From contig CAXGWI010000075.1 in the NCBI GenBank assembly GCA_964013405.1, positions 1 to 16,394 of the forward strand: a DNA stretch of 16,394 nt, given 5' to 3'. Source of the stretch: an uncultured Myxococcales bacterium. Lineage in GTDB: Bacteria; Myxococcota; UBA4151. Of this stretch, positions 1-8,211 are shown one piece after another (positions within the stretch are counted from its first letter, which is position 1; every line of letters starts with the position of its first letter). The notes under the pieces are model-generated. The model was not told the origin of the DNA. It did not search any database and saw only the letters and a program-made list of their open reading frames with translations. A program made the translations under genes and the position numbers.

Positions 1-2
1 CA

Positions 3-1064
3 GAGCGTCCAAAACCCAGGCCCCAAGTGGAAGACGAGCCCCCACCGGATCTCAATCGGGCCAGAAGTTTGCTCGGTGAGGTGGACCGCCGCCATGCACT
101 GTTTGGTCGATCACGCCTTTTGGCCGGCATGATTGCGACCGCTGAGGGGCAGGATGACGCGGCTGGAAAGTTTTTCCGTCAGGCGATGGTTGCGGGACCT
201 CGAGGCGTCACGGATCTCGCCACGCTGGAATTGGCTCGGGTTCTGTATGCCAAGGGGGAGATTCCCGCTGCCCTTGAGCAGTACCGCCGCGTCCGTCCCA
301 GCAGCGACGATTGGGGGGACGCCCTTTTTGAGCAGGCTTGGGCCCATTTCCGCATGGGGAATTTCGGTCGGACACTGGGGATCCTAGAAGCCTTTGACTC
401 ACCATTTATGATCGATGAGCGCCGCGATGAGATCGAAGTCCTGCGGGCCCTCTCCCTGTATGAAAATTGCCGTTATGACGATGCCATTAAAGCGGTGGAT
501 CGAGTACGCCGCCTTCGGCCTGCCTTCGATCGGCTGAGCGAGGCGACGGCCGAGGAACGGGCAGCAGCGGACTGGTTAAGTCTCTACCGACGTCGGGATA
601 CCCTCGAGGACGAGATCCTTGCCGATCGCTTGCGGCTCTTGGCCCGCAATCCAGGCCTGCGTCGAACCATTGAGGCCTACCAATCGGCCGAAGCGGAATA
701 CGCTCGTCTGGTCGGAATGGCCCTCGACGCCCGAGCCATGGATCGAATCGAGCGAATTTTCCGCGGGCAGTTCGGTCCTATGCAAACGCGGATTGGTCAC
801 CGGGTGTTGAACGAACTCACGGCCCAGCGGGTGGAGATCGCGAGCTTGCTGAAGTCGGCGATCGCCATCCGCCTTGAGGTGGAGGAGCAGCGGACCCGCG
901 TACTTCAGCAACAACTCCGGGGGGCTCGGGGCGGTGTGGTCGCAGAAGCCACCGGTGACCCGCCGAGCGTGAAGGATGATGAGCTGTATTGGCCTTTTAC
1001 GGGTGAGTACTGGCGGGACGAATTAGACACCTACCACGTTCATTTGGGTAGGAGCTGCCGGTGA
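3..1064 (+). CDS. gltC: GltC/NfsC-family periplasmic TPR protein of the gliding machinery, 5'-truncated by the window edge
   Basis: The frame is open from base 3 (ERPKPRPQV...), so GTG 27 is not the true start. It has TPR-like helices (ATLELARVLYAKG, ALFEQAWAHFRMGNFGRTLG..DSPF) and the C-terminal signature ELYWPFTGEYWRDELDTY..C typical of GltC homologues. It sits directly upstream of a gltD-like gene. Confidence 0.8.
   Translation, partial: ERPKPRPQVEDEPPPDLNRARSLLGEVDRRHALFGRSRLLAGMIATAEGQDDAAGKFFRQAMVAGPRGVTDLATLELARVLYAKGEIPAALEQYRRVRPSSDDWGDALFEQAWAHFRMGNFGRTLGILEAFDSPFMIDERRDEIEVLRALSLYENCRYDDAIKAVDRVRRLRPAFDRLSEATAEERAAADWLSLYRRRDTLEDEILADRLRLLARNPGLRRTIEAYQSAEAEYARLVGMALDARAMDRIERIFRGQFGPMQTRIGHRVLNELTAQRVEIASLLKSAIAIRLEVEEQRTRVLQQQLRGARGGVVAEATGDPPSVKDDELYWPFTGEYWRDELDTYHVHLGRSCR
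1050..1054 (+). promoter_or_regulatory. Shine-Dalgarno for gltD, embedded in the gltC 3' end
   Basis: AGGAG ends 6 nt upstream of GTG 1061. Confidence 0.65.
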
Positions 1065-4000
1065 GTTGGGTCCTTCTTAGTCTGCTCATTGCAGCACCGG
1101 CGGAGACCGGTGGCAAGCGCAGCCCGCGGGTCGTTGAAGCCGCAGGGAAGCGTGATGCGGGGCCTCAAGGTCCCCAATTGCGTTTCCACGATGTGCGCTT
1201 GGAGGTTGCCTCCGAGGTCGGTGAAGTTCGCAAGCGGCAGATTGCGATGATTGAGGAACTACTCGAACTCGAAGTGGATGGTAACCGCCGGGGCGACCTC
1301 CTCTTTCGTAAAGCCGAGTTGAAGCATGAGCGGGCGCGCTTTTTCAGCTTCTTGCGCGGTGCCGCGGAGGAAAAGCTCGGGGAAGCACAAGACAAGGGCG
1401 AGACAGCGATCGCTGCCGCCGAGGAGAAGGTCAAGGCGGCGAGCTTGGATGAGCGCCGGGCATCGCGAGAGGCGATCGCAGTTTATGATCGTATTCTGCG
1501 GGAGATTCCGTCCTACGAGCGGACCCCCGACGTCTTACATGCCTTGGGTCAAGCCTGGTGGGAGTTGGGGGTCAAAGAGGGCGCACTAGAGATCTACACA
1601 CGGATCATTCGGGAGTACCCAGACTCGGGGTTTGTCCCCGACGCGTGGGTCAGTTTCGGCGAGTATTACTTCGCAGAGCAGCAGTTAGAGTTAGCCCTCA
1701 AAGCCTACAAGAAAGCGGCAGCCTATCCCAAGCCAGAGGTTCAAGGTTTTGCGGAATACAAGTTGGGTTGGGTCTATTACAACCTGGGTGATTTTGCCGA
1801 AAGCTGTCTCCATTTTCAGCGGGTCATGAAGCTGGCGGCGGACGTTCAGGCCCAGGGCCATAAGAAGTTCACGCTCGACCGGGAGGCCCGCAAGGATTGG
1901 GTCACTGCATACGCCCACTTCGGCAATGCCGACACCGCCTTCGAGCGGATCCGCCGCATCGCACCGGAGCATATGCGACCGATGTCAGCCCACCTGGCCG
2001 ACCGCTGGATCGATGCCGGCCGGGATCAGGAGGCGAGCGCACTCCTTGATGACCTGATCGCCAATGGGGCCAGTGACCCCCTGCTGCCCAGCTATTATGC
2101 GAAGCAACTACGCGCAGTCCAACGCATGTTCAGCAAGGACCAGGTGGTGGAACGGGTGGGGAAGATTGTGGGTCGGCTCAAGTCCATCGACGCCCCCGAT
2201 GGGGAGACGGCCCTGAAGGCCTGGCGGCAGAGCTTGGACGAGGTTGATCTCGGTCTGCGCCGGATCGGTACCCTGTGGCATCAGGATGCTTTGAAGCTGA
2301 AGAATGAGAAGCTGATGGCCCAGGCCCAGAAGGTCTATGAACTGTACCTCTCGTTGTTCGCCGACCGGGATGAAGCTTACGAAATCCGATTTTACCATGG
2401 GGAAGCGCTCTACTCCTTGGGGCGCTTTGCCGAGGCTGGAGCCGAGTATCACGCCACCGTTCTCGCCAATCAGGAGGGGGAGTTTAGTGCGGACGCAGCC
2501 CTCGAGATGGTCCGCAGTTACGATAAACTCTCGGCCATCGCGACCGCCAACAAGGAGCCCCAGGATTCCGATGAGGCGAAGGCTCGCAATGCGAAGATGA
2601 TCGAGGCCTGTCGTTTGTATCTGCAGTTGGCTCCAACAGGGGATATGGCGGCGACAGCCCACTTTCGTATCGGCCGGGCCCACTATGACCGGGAGGAGTT
2701 AGAGGAAGCTTTGGCCTCCTTTGAGACGCTCCTCGGGGCCGGCGGTGACGGCGGGGCTGAGGGGGCAGAACGTCTACGTGTGGATCCGGGGCTCGCTGAA
2801 GTTTCGGCCAACTTAATTCTCGATATCTACAACTACCAGAAGGACTGGCGAAAGATCATTGAGCGGGCCCGCGGCTTCGTGGAAGACCCTCGCTTTCGCG
2901 ACAAGAAAGACTTCGTCGAGAAAACGACAGAGTTGGCCGACGGTGCGAGTTTTAAGGTTCGGTCTCTGGATTTAGCGGGCAAACCCCATGAGGAAGTGGC
3001 TGAGGGCTATCTGACCTATGTTCGAGAGCACCCGAGCTCTCGCTGGGCGGACCGGGCCATGTTCAACGCCGCCGTTCACTACGAGAAAGGTGGGCGTAAT
3101 GATCGGGCCATGGAGACACGTCGCCAATTCGTGAAGGACTTTCCAAAGAGCGAGCTGGTGGGTCGAGTCGACTTTCTCCTCGCCAACGCCGGTGTCAAAA
3201 CCGCGGACTATGAGAACGCGGCGACTCGTCTCGAGCGCTTCGCTCGGGCCAATCCCAAGGATGAGCGGGCTCGTTCTGCGTGGCTCGACGCCAGTGTCTA
3301 CCGAGAGGGGCTCGGGCAGTACAAGAAGGCGCTGGAAGACCGGCGTCGCTGGATTCGCTTGGCGAAGAAGGCGAAGAACGTGGAAAAGAAGCGGCTTCAG
3401 GCCGTTCAAATCAGCCTGGGCAAGATCATCGACAAGGTCGAGAAGCCGGGCCGAGCCGCTGGGTACTATGACCGCCTCGCTGCAAGTTTTGATGACCCAA
3501 CGGCCCAACTCCAAGCCCGGGGCGCGGCTGCTCGAGCCTGGCGGCAGATTCGTTCCAAGAGTGGTTGGGCTCGACAGGGCAAGGAGCGTTCCCAGCGTCG
3601 CCTCTCTGAAGCGGTGCAGCGTTACAAGGAGAAGGGGCTCAAACTGTCTGGTGAAGCGGCGAATGTGGTGGCTGAAGCGGAGCTCGCCTCCCTTGAAAAA
3701 GCATATACGGACTTCGGTAAGGAGCGACTGCCAAGTCCTGATCGTTTGGAGCGGTTTCAGCAGGCCCGAGAGACCATTGAGAATCGACTGGCTGAACTGT
3801 CGGCCTCCTACGAAAAGATCGTCGCGATCGGCAGTCGGACGTTCACCGTTGATGCCTTGGAGCGCATGGGCGGGCTACGCCAACGTTACATCGATATTCT
3901 GATGAAGGTGCCCGCTCCCAGTGGCCTGACGGAGGTGCAGCGAGAGCTTTGGCAGGACAAGCTGACGGAATGGACCATGCCCTTGGAGACCCAAGCGCTC

Positions 4001-4414
4001 GTTTATTACGAAAAATGCGCTGAGTTAGCCCGAAAGGCCGCCCTTGAGCGCCCGGCCGTCAGTCGGTGCATGGATGTACTGAAGGCGAAGAAGCCCCAGG
4101 ACTACCCCCGCCTGATCGAGGAACTTCCGCCCCAGCAGGGCCTTCGCTTGGCCCGCCATTCACCCTTCGGTGCCTTAGCGGTGAGCAGCGCAGACTTAGC
4201 CTACCTTGCGGAGCTGATGAAGCGTGGTCGGGTTCCCACACCTGATGGCTTGCCGAGTCCCGATGAACTGGCCCCATCCGAGCCCAAGGAGACCGCCCAG
4301 GAAGACCGTGTCGCTGATGCGGAAGAGGAAGCGCGCCGCACCATGCAAGATGATGGCACGGTGGAGACCGACGAAGGCCAAGCCTCCTCCGACTTCTTCG
4401 AGGAGGAGGAATGA
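1061..4414 (+). CDS. gltD: GltD/AgmU/NfsD-family large periplasmic TPR protein, 1117 aa
   Basis: GTG start overlaps the gltC stop (GTGA), with AGGAG at 1050-1054. Short hydrophobic N-terminus, probably a signal peptide. Many TPR motifs typical of the family (IIREYPDSGFVPDAWVSFGEYYF, AEYKLGWVYYNLG, YEIRFYHGEALY, ADRAMFNAAVHYE). Acidic, disordered C-terminal tail. Size and position fit GltD. Confidence 0.82.
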   Translation: MSWVLLSLLIAAPAETGGKRSPRVVEAAGKRDAGPQGPQLRFHDVRLEVASEVGEVRKRQIAMIEELLELEVDGNRRGDLLFRKAELKHERARFFSFLRGAAEEKLGEAQDKGETAIAAAEEKVKAASLDERRASREAIAVYDRILREIPSYERTPDVLHALGQAWWELGVKEGALEIYTRIIREYPDSGFVPDAWVSFGEYYFAEQQLELALKAYKKAAAYPKPEVQGFAEYKLGWVYYNLGDFAESCLHFQRVMKLAADVQAQGHKKFTLDREARKDWVTAYAHFGNADTAFERIRRIAPEHMRPMSAHLADRWIDAGRDQEASALLDDLIANGASDPLLPSYYAKQLRAVQRMFSKDQVVERVGKIVGRLKSIDAPDGETALKAWRQSLDEVDLGLRRIGTLWHQDALKLKNEKLMAQAQKVYELYLSLFADRDEAYEIRFYHGEALYSLGRFAEAGAEYHATVLANQEGEFSADAALEMVRSYDKLSAIATANKEPQDSDEAKARNAKMIEACRLYLQLAPTGDMAATAHFRIGRAHYDREELEEALASFETLLGAGGDGGAEGAERLRVDPGLAEVSANLILDIYNYQKDWRKIIERARGFVEDPRFRDKKDFVEKTTELADGASFKVRSLDLAGKPHEEVAEGYLTYVREHPSSRWADRAMFNAAVHYEKGGRNDRAMETRRQFVKDFPKSELVGRVDFLLANAGVKTADYENAATRLERFARANPKDERARSAWLDASVYREGLGQYKKALEDRRRWIRLAKKAKNVEKKRLQAVQISLGKIIDKVEKPGRAAGYYDRLAASFDDPTAQLQARGAAARAWRQIRSKSGWARQGKERSQRRLSEAVQRYKEKGLKLSGEAANVVAEAELASLEKAYTDFGKERLPSPDRLERFQQARETIENRLAELSASYEKIVAIGSRTFTVDALERMGGLRQRYIDILMKVPAPSGLTEVQRELWQDKLTEWTMPLETQALVYYEKCAELARKAALERPAVSRCMDVLKAKKPQDYPRLIEELPPQQGLRLARHSPFGALAVSSADLAYLAELMKRGRVPTPDGLPSPDELAPSEPKETAQEDRVADAEEEARRTMQDDGTVETDEGQASSDFFEEEE
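4401..4410 (+). promoter_or_regulatory. Shine-Dalgarno for gltE, formed by the terminal Glu codons of gltD
   Basis: AGGAGGAGGA directly precedes ATGATG (4411/4414). Confidence 0.7.
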
Positions 4415-5496
4415 TGAGAGTATACGCCCTCCTCGCCCTGTCCCTGTCCCTCGGTGCCTGTGCGACGGCTTCCAAGGTGGCGAAGCCGACGGAGATGGAC
4501 GAACGGGAACGTCGCCCTGACCTGGGTGATTTTCTCGGTGACGTGGACCCAAGTCGAAGCACAGAGGCCGAAGGGGAGAAGAGATTCTTGCTGATGGGCC
4601 GCCTGTTGGTGGCCGGGCGCAGCCCTTCCGAGGTGCTGACGCTGGCGAGGGAGCGAGGTGAGTCCGACCTGAGCCGGGCTGCGCTGCTCGCCCGATCCGG
4701 TGACGAGGCCATGGCCCTCAGTATTGCGAAACGGGAAGGCGAGGCCGGCTTGCCGATGGCCCTTGGAATTCTCGCGAAACAGGGGCGGTGGGACGAAGCG
4801 GAGGCCCTGGTCGAAGGGGGTGATAACTCGGATTTACGCACCTCATTGCGAGCCTGGATCGCCCATGAGAAGGGGCGGAACGAAGAGGCCATCAGTGGTT
4901 TGCGTAGCCATCTCTATGCCAAGGGTACAGATTTGGACGCCTATCGAGTTTTGATTCGTATCTTCATGGCCCAGGGCAAGAATCGCCTTGCTCGCCTGGC
5001 CTGTCAGGGCGCACTCCGCATCGCACCGCAAGAGGCAGATATTCATTATCTGCTGGGCCGGGTCGATGCTGAGTTGGGCCGGAATGCGGGGGCCCGGAGG
5101 TCCTTCGAGGCGGCGATTAAGTTTGATCCAAGTCATCTCGGTGCTCGTACGGAACTCGCTCGGACGGGCCTGGCCCACCTCGATTACAAGACCGCTCTTG
5201 AGCACATGACCGTCGCCTATCGCTTGGCGCCGGGCGATGAAGAGATCGCGTTACTCACCGCGGTGAGCCTGCGCGCGAACGGCGCCTGTGCCGAGGCTTC
5301 GACCCTGCTCAAGGATTGGACCGATCGCTCACAGCGAGCGGTTTTTAATCTGGGCGTGTTGTATTTGCGCTGCCTCGATGATCCCAAAGAAGCCCTGAAG
5401 TTGTTGCAACGGTATGTGGAACAGGCCGAGCCTAAACAGGACCATCAAGTGCATCTGCTCCTTCAAGAAGCCCAGTTGTTGAGTGAAACAGAATGA
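4411..5496 (+). CDS. gltE: GltE/AglT/NfsE-like TPR lipoprotein, 360-361 aa (start at 4411 or 4414)
   Basis: Lipoprotein signal MMRVYALLALSLSLGA|C with an LGAC lipobox. C-terminal TPRs (LARLACQGALRIAP, IHYLLGRV, AVFNLGVLYLRCL). Lies between gltD and gltF. The N-terminal half is divergent. Confidence 0.68.
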   Translation: MMRVYALLALSLSLGACATASKVAKPTEMDERERRPDLGDFLGDVDPSRSTEAEGEKRFLLMGRLLVAGRSPSEVLTLARERGESDLSRAALLARSGDEAMALSIAKREGEAGLPMALGILAKQGRWDEAEALVEGGDNSDLRTSLRAWIAHEKGRNEEAISGLRSHLYAKGTDLDAYRVLIRIFMAQGKNRLARLACQGALRIAPQEADIHYLLGRVDAELGRNAGARRSFEAAIKFDPSHLGARTELARTGLAHLDYKTALEHMTVAYRLAPGDEEIALLTAVSLRANGACAEASTLLKDWTDRSQRAVFNLGVLYLRCLDDPKEALKLLQRYVEQAEPKQDHQVHLLLQEAQLLSETE

Positions 5497-5546
5497 GCGA
5501 CGCAACGTTGTTCTCTCGCGGGCGATAAAGAATCTAGCGCGCGATG

Positions 5547-5575
5547 TCGCCAGATCCGGTCTTTGCTGGTATTCA
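5547..5575 (+). promoter_or_regulatory. Candidate internal sigma70-like promoter upstream of gltF
   Basis: TCGCCA (5547-5552), a 17-nt spacer, then TATTCA (5570-5575) with an extended -10 TG at 5567-5568. It lies in the only sizeable intergenic gap (100 nt). The consensus match is weak. Confidence 0.25.
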
Positions 5576-5584
5576 GGCCCTAGA

Positions 5585-5591
5585 AGGGGAG
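5585..5591 (+). promoter_or_regulatory. Shine-Dalgarno for gltF
   Basis: AGGGGAG ends 5 nt upstream of ATG 5597. Confidence 0.65.
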
Positions 5592-5596
5592 CAGGC

Positions 5597-5860
5597 ATGT
5601 TGAAGCATTGCATTCTTTTGCTTGGCCTCCTGGTGGCCGGCTCGGCGCATGCGCAGAACGCAGACGTGTCGCTTGAAGCCGACGCCGAGGCCGGTGAGAC
5701 CACGGTGCTGACCTTCACTGATGACGATGCGATCGAGGGCTCACTCCGGTCGCCTGATGGGGAGTTTTTCGAGACTCGAAAGCGCACTCGTCATCGAAAT
5801 CTCATTCGAATTCGGCGCCATTTCCGCCGGGAGATCCTTCGGGGCGTTCACAGACTTTGA
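5597..5860 (+). CDS. gltF: GltF/CglF/NfsF-family small secreted protein, 87 aa (start corrected from 5483 to ATG 5597)
   Basis: AGGGGAG Shine-Dalgarno at 5585-5591. Sec signal MLKHCILLLGLLVAGSAHA. Family motif LTFTDDDAIEGSLRSPDGE...NLIRIRRHFRREI. Directly upstream of gltG. Confidence 0.82.
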   Translation: MLKHCILLLGLLVAGSAHAQNADVSLEADAEAGETTVLTFTDDDAIEGSLRSPDGEFFETRKRTRHRNLIRIRRHFRREILRGVHRL

Positions 5861-5881
5861 TGGTCCGAGGGCGAGGCAAGC

Positions 5882-7678
5882 TTGGCTAAGCGTTTCATCT
5901 TCACAGTGGTTGTTCCCCAGGGGCAAGAACGCCGCGTTGAGTTCGTCGGTGAGTCGGCGACGATCGGTCGTCTAAGCACCGCTGATATCCGTGTCCACGA
6001 TGCCACGGTGAGCCGCCTCCATGCCCGTGTGTACGTTGCGGAATCCGGAGTGTTACGAGTGGAATCTACCGGTGGAGCCGGTGGGATGATGCTCAACGGG
6101 CAAGTCACGGAGGATGGTGAACTGGTCCCCGGGACCGTCATCGCCCTGGGCCGATCTGAGGTCACCTACGTTGGTGAAGAAGATGCCGTCGATTCTGTCG
6201 TGGCAAGCACTCGCCTCAGCGATGTCTTCGAAGCCTCCCCAGATGTTCGTGCCGCCCACGAGCAGATGGAACAGCGCAAGCGTTCAGACACCCATCGGGT
6301 TCAGCCGCCCCTCACCGAAGCATCGACAGGGGCGGGGACAGGCCCTGTGGATCGGGAAACCAGTGTCGTCCTGGTCGATATGGAAGAGCCTATCTCCAGT
6401 GACAACGCCCAACTTGAGATTAACCTGAGTTGGCAGGATCGACAGATCACCCTCGAGCACTTCGAGACGGGGCCGATCCGAGTGGGCCAGGAACTGGAGA
6501 TTCCCATCGACGAAGCGTCGCTGCAAGGCATGACGCTCTTCGATCGAAGCCCGAGTGGCTGGTTTGTGACCGTTCTGCCGCAGATGAACTGGCGGCCCAA
6601 GGGCGCCCCAACTCCGGTGGATGTCGCCTCGGTCCAGGGGAGCTTCCAAGGGCCCAGCGGCCCCGCGGCACCGATCGGTGTCCATGACGCTGGTGAGATG
6701 CAACTTGGCGAGATTAAGCTCAGCTATCGACTCGTCGCGCCGGGCCACGTGATCCCCATCGCCTACTTCAGCCAGATCAATTTCAATCTCATCAACTTGA
6801 TGCTGTTGAGTTTCCTGGCCCATGCCGCCCTTCTCATCGCCTTCAGTTTGCACCCACCCCAGGTCAAAACCTTGGAAGAATGGTTGACCGAGCGCCCGAA
6901 TCGCTTCGCTCGTCTCATTGTGGAGCCAAAGAAGGAGAAGAAACAGAAGAAGAAGGTGGCCAAAGCCCGCAAGGTGGAAGGCAAGAAGAAGGACAAACCC
7001 AAGGCAGGCAGTGACGAGGGCAAACAGAAGCCGAAAGAAAAGGCGGCAAAGAGTCAGGCCACAGAGGAAGACGTCAAAGCGGTCGAAAAGAAGTTAGCGA
7101 CCCTGTTTGGTGATTCCCAGGGAGCAGCTTCGAAGGTGTTGGGTGATGGCGCGCCAGATATCACTCGAGCCCTTGGGGAGATCGCCGGTGAAGACCCTCT
7201 TGCCGGCTTGGTTGGCTTGCAGACATCAGGCCGGGCAAATAACGATGGGCGCTTGGTCGACACCCGCTTGAAAACCCGGGGGAGAGCTGGCGGTAACCGG
7301 AACTACGGCGCGGATCTCGCCAAGCTAAAAAAGAAGAAGAAGGTCGATATCGCAGTGAGTTCAGGGCCGGCCGATGTCCGGGGCGCCCTGGATCCAGAGG
7401 TCGTTCGACGGGTCGTGCGCCGTCACCGGGCTCAGATCAAGTATTGCTATGAGTTAGAGCTTCTTCGGACCCCCGGTTTAGAGGGTAAGGTCCAAGTGCA
7501 ATGGGTGATCGGACCCGATGGTCGAGTCAACCGAACGAAGATCACCAGTACGACCATGAAGAGTGCGAACGTGGAGGCCTGTATTCAGCGTAAGATCCGT
7601 ACGTGGGTCTTCGATCAGCCGAAGGGGGGTGGGATCGTTGTCGTGAATTGGCCCTTCTTCTTTAAGGAGGCCGGCTGA
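5882..7678 (+). CDS. gltG: GltG/PglI/NfsG: N-terminal FHA domain, one TM helix, Lys/Gly-rich periplasmic linker, TonB_C-like (AgmX/PglI C-terminal) domain, 598 aa
   Basis: FHA motifs IGRLSTADIRV.DATVSRLHA. TM helix LINLMLLSFLAHAALLIAFSL at about 6788-6850. Conserved RFARLIV after the TM. C-terminal GALDPEVVRRVVRRHRAQIKYCYE..L...PGLEGKV.V.WVI...C...IRTW.F..PKGGGIVVVNWPF.F. TTG start with GAGG at 5873-5876. Confidence 0.88.
   Translation: MAKRFIFTVVVPQGQERRVEFVGESATIGRLSTADIRVHDATVSRLHARVYVAESGVLRVESTGGAGGMMLNGQVTEDGELVPGTVIALGRSEVTYVGEEDAVDSVVASTRLSDVFEASPDVRAAHEQMEQRKRSDTHRVQPPLTEASTGAGTGPVDRETSVVLVDMEEPISSDNAQLEINLSWQDRQITLEHFETGPIRVGQELEIPIDEASLQGMTLFDRSPSGWFVTVLPQMNWRPKGAPTPVDVASVQGSFQGPSGPAAPIGVHDAGEMQLGEIKLSYRLVAPGHVIPIAYFSQINFNLINLMLLSFLAHAALLIAFSLHPPQVKTLEEWLTERPNRFARLIVEPKKEKKQKKKVAKARKVEGKKKDKPKAGSDEGKQKPKEKAAKSQATEEDVKAVEKKLATLFGDSQGAASKVLGDGAPDITRALGEIAGEDPLAGLVGLQTSGRANNDGRLVDTRLKTRGRAGGNRNYGADLAKLKKKKKVDIAVSSGPADVRGALDPEVVRRVVRRHRAQIKYCYELELLRTPGLEGKVQVQWVIGPDGRVNRTKITSTTMKSANVEACIQRKIRTWVFDQPKGGGIVVVNWPFFFKEAG
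7663..7670 (+). promoter_or_regulatory. Strong Shine-Dalgarno for the gltH-like gene, embedded in the gltG 3' end
   Basis: TAAGGAGG ends 7 nt upstream of ATG 7678. Confidence 0.78.
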
Positions 7679-8211
7679 TGGCGCGCTTGCTGGTGGTCGG
7701 ATCGCTCCTTTTATCGAGCTTTCCTGCCCGCGCTGACTGGCGGGAGCGTTCAGGCATCGATGTTTTCGTTCAGCCCCTGCTGGGCCTTCCCGTCGGGACC
7801 TTGGGGGGGCGGGGCTTTGCCCCAGGCGGGGGCTTTCGTTTGGCTGTGGGTCATTTTGATCGCCTCAAGCAGCGGGCGAGTCGTTTCGAGTTGACCTACG
7901 ATGGCTACAGCGGCTCCGCTGTGTCGCCGCAAACCGGCGATTTCTTTCAGATGAGTGCGGCCATTGGCCTTGGTTTGCAGTTCAAGTTGAAGGACCGCTG
8001 GATCGGTCAGCCCTCTGGAAGTTTGGGCTTTAGTCTGGCGCAAGCTGGCCTAGAACCTGTGGGGGGTGTTTTTGGTTCTGGAGGCTTTGCCCTCTTAAAG
8101 CGGGCCCGGCTGCGGCATGTGCATTATGGGGTGGAAGCCCATGGAGGTTGGTGGCTTGGAGCCGGTGGTGGATTTATCCGAGCAGGACCGATCATCCGAT
8201 GGCAACGCTGA
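7678..8211 (+). CDS. gltH: Small outer-membrane beta-barrel protein, GltH/CglE/NfsH-like, 177 aa
   Basis: TGATG overlap with the gltG stop and a perfect TAAGGAGG Shine-Dalgarno at 7663-7670. Sec signal ending in PARA. Gly/aromatic-rich amphipathic beta-strands. Occupies the gltH position. The symbol rests mainly on synteny. Confidence 0.55.
   Translation: MARLLVVGSLLLSSFPARADWRERSGIDVFVQPLLGLPVGTLGGRGFAPGGGFRLAVGHFDRLKQRASRFELTYDGYSGSAVSPQTGDFFQMSAAIGLGLQFKLKDRWIGQPSGSLGFSLAQAGLEPVGGVFGSGGFALLKRARLRHVHYGVEAHGGWWLGAGGGFIRAGPIIRWQR

Noticed and set aside
27..29. GTG 27 as the gltC start
   Set aside because: The frame is open to the window edge, with no signal peptide and no Shine-Dalgarno. 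The gene starts upstream.
5551..5566. Sigma54 promoter suggested by TTTGC upstream of gltF
   Set aside because: There is no GG dinucleotide at the required -24 position.
5483..5596. ORF-track N-terminal extension of gltF (125 aa version)
   Set aside because: It would bury the signal peptide. ATG 5597 has a good Shine-Dalgarno and gives a typical 87-aa GltF.
7803..7809. G7 tracts (7803, 8814, 13783) as phase-variation sites
   Set aside because: They are short, all frames are intact, and Gly codons in GC-rich DNA explain them.
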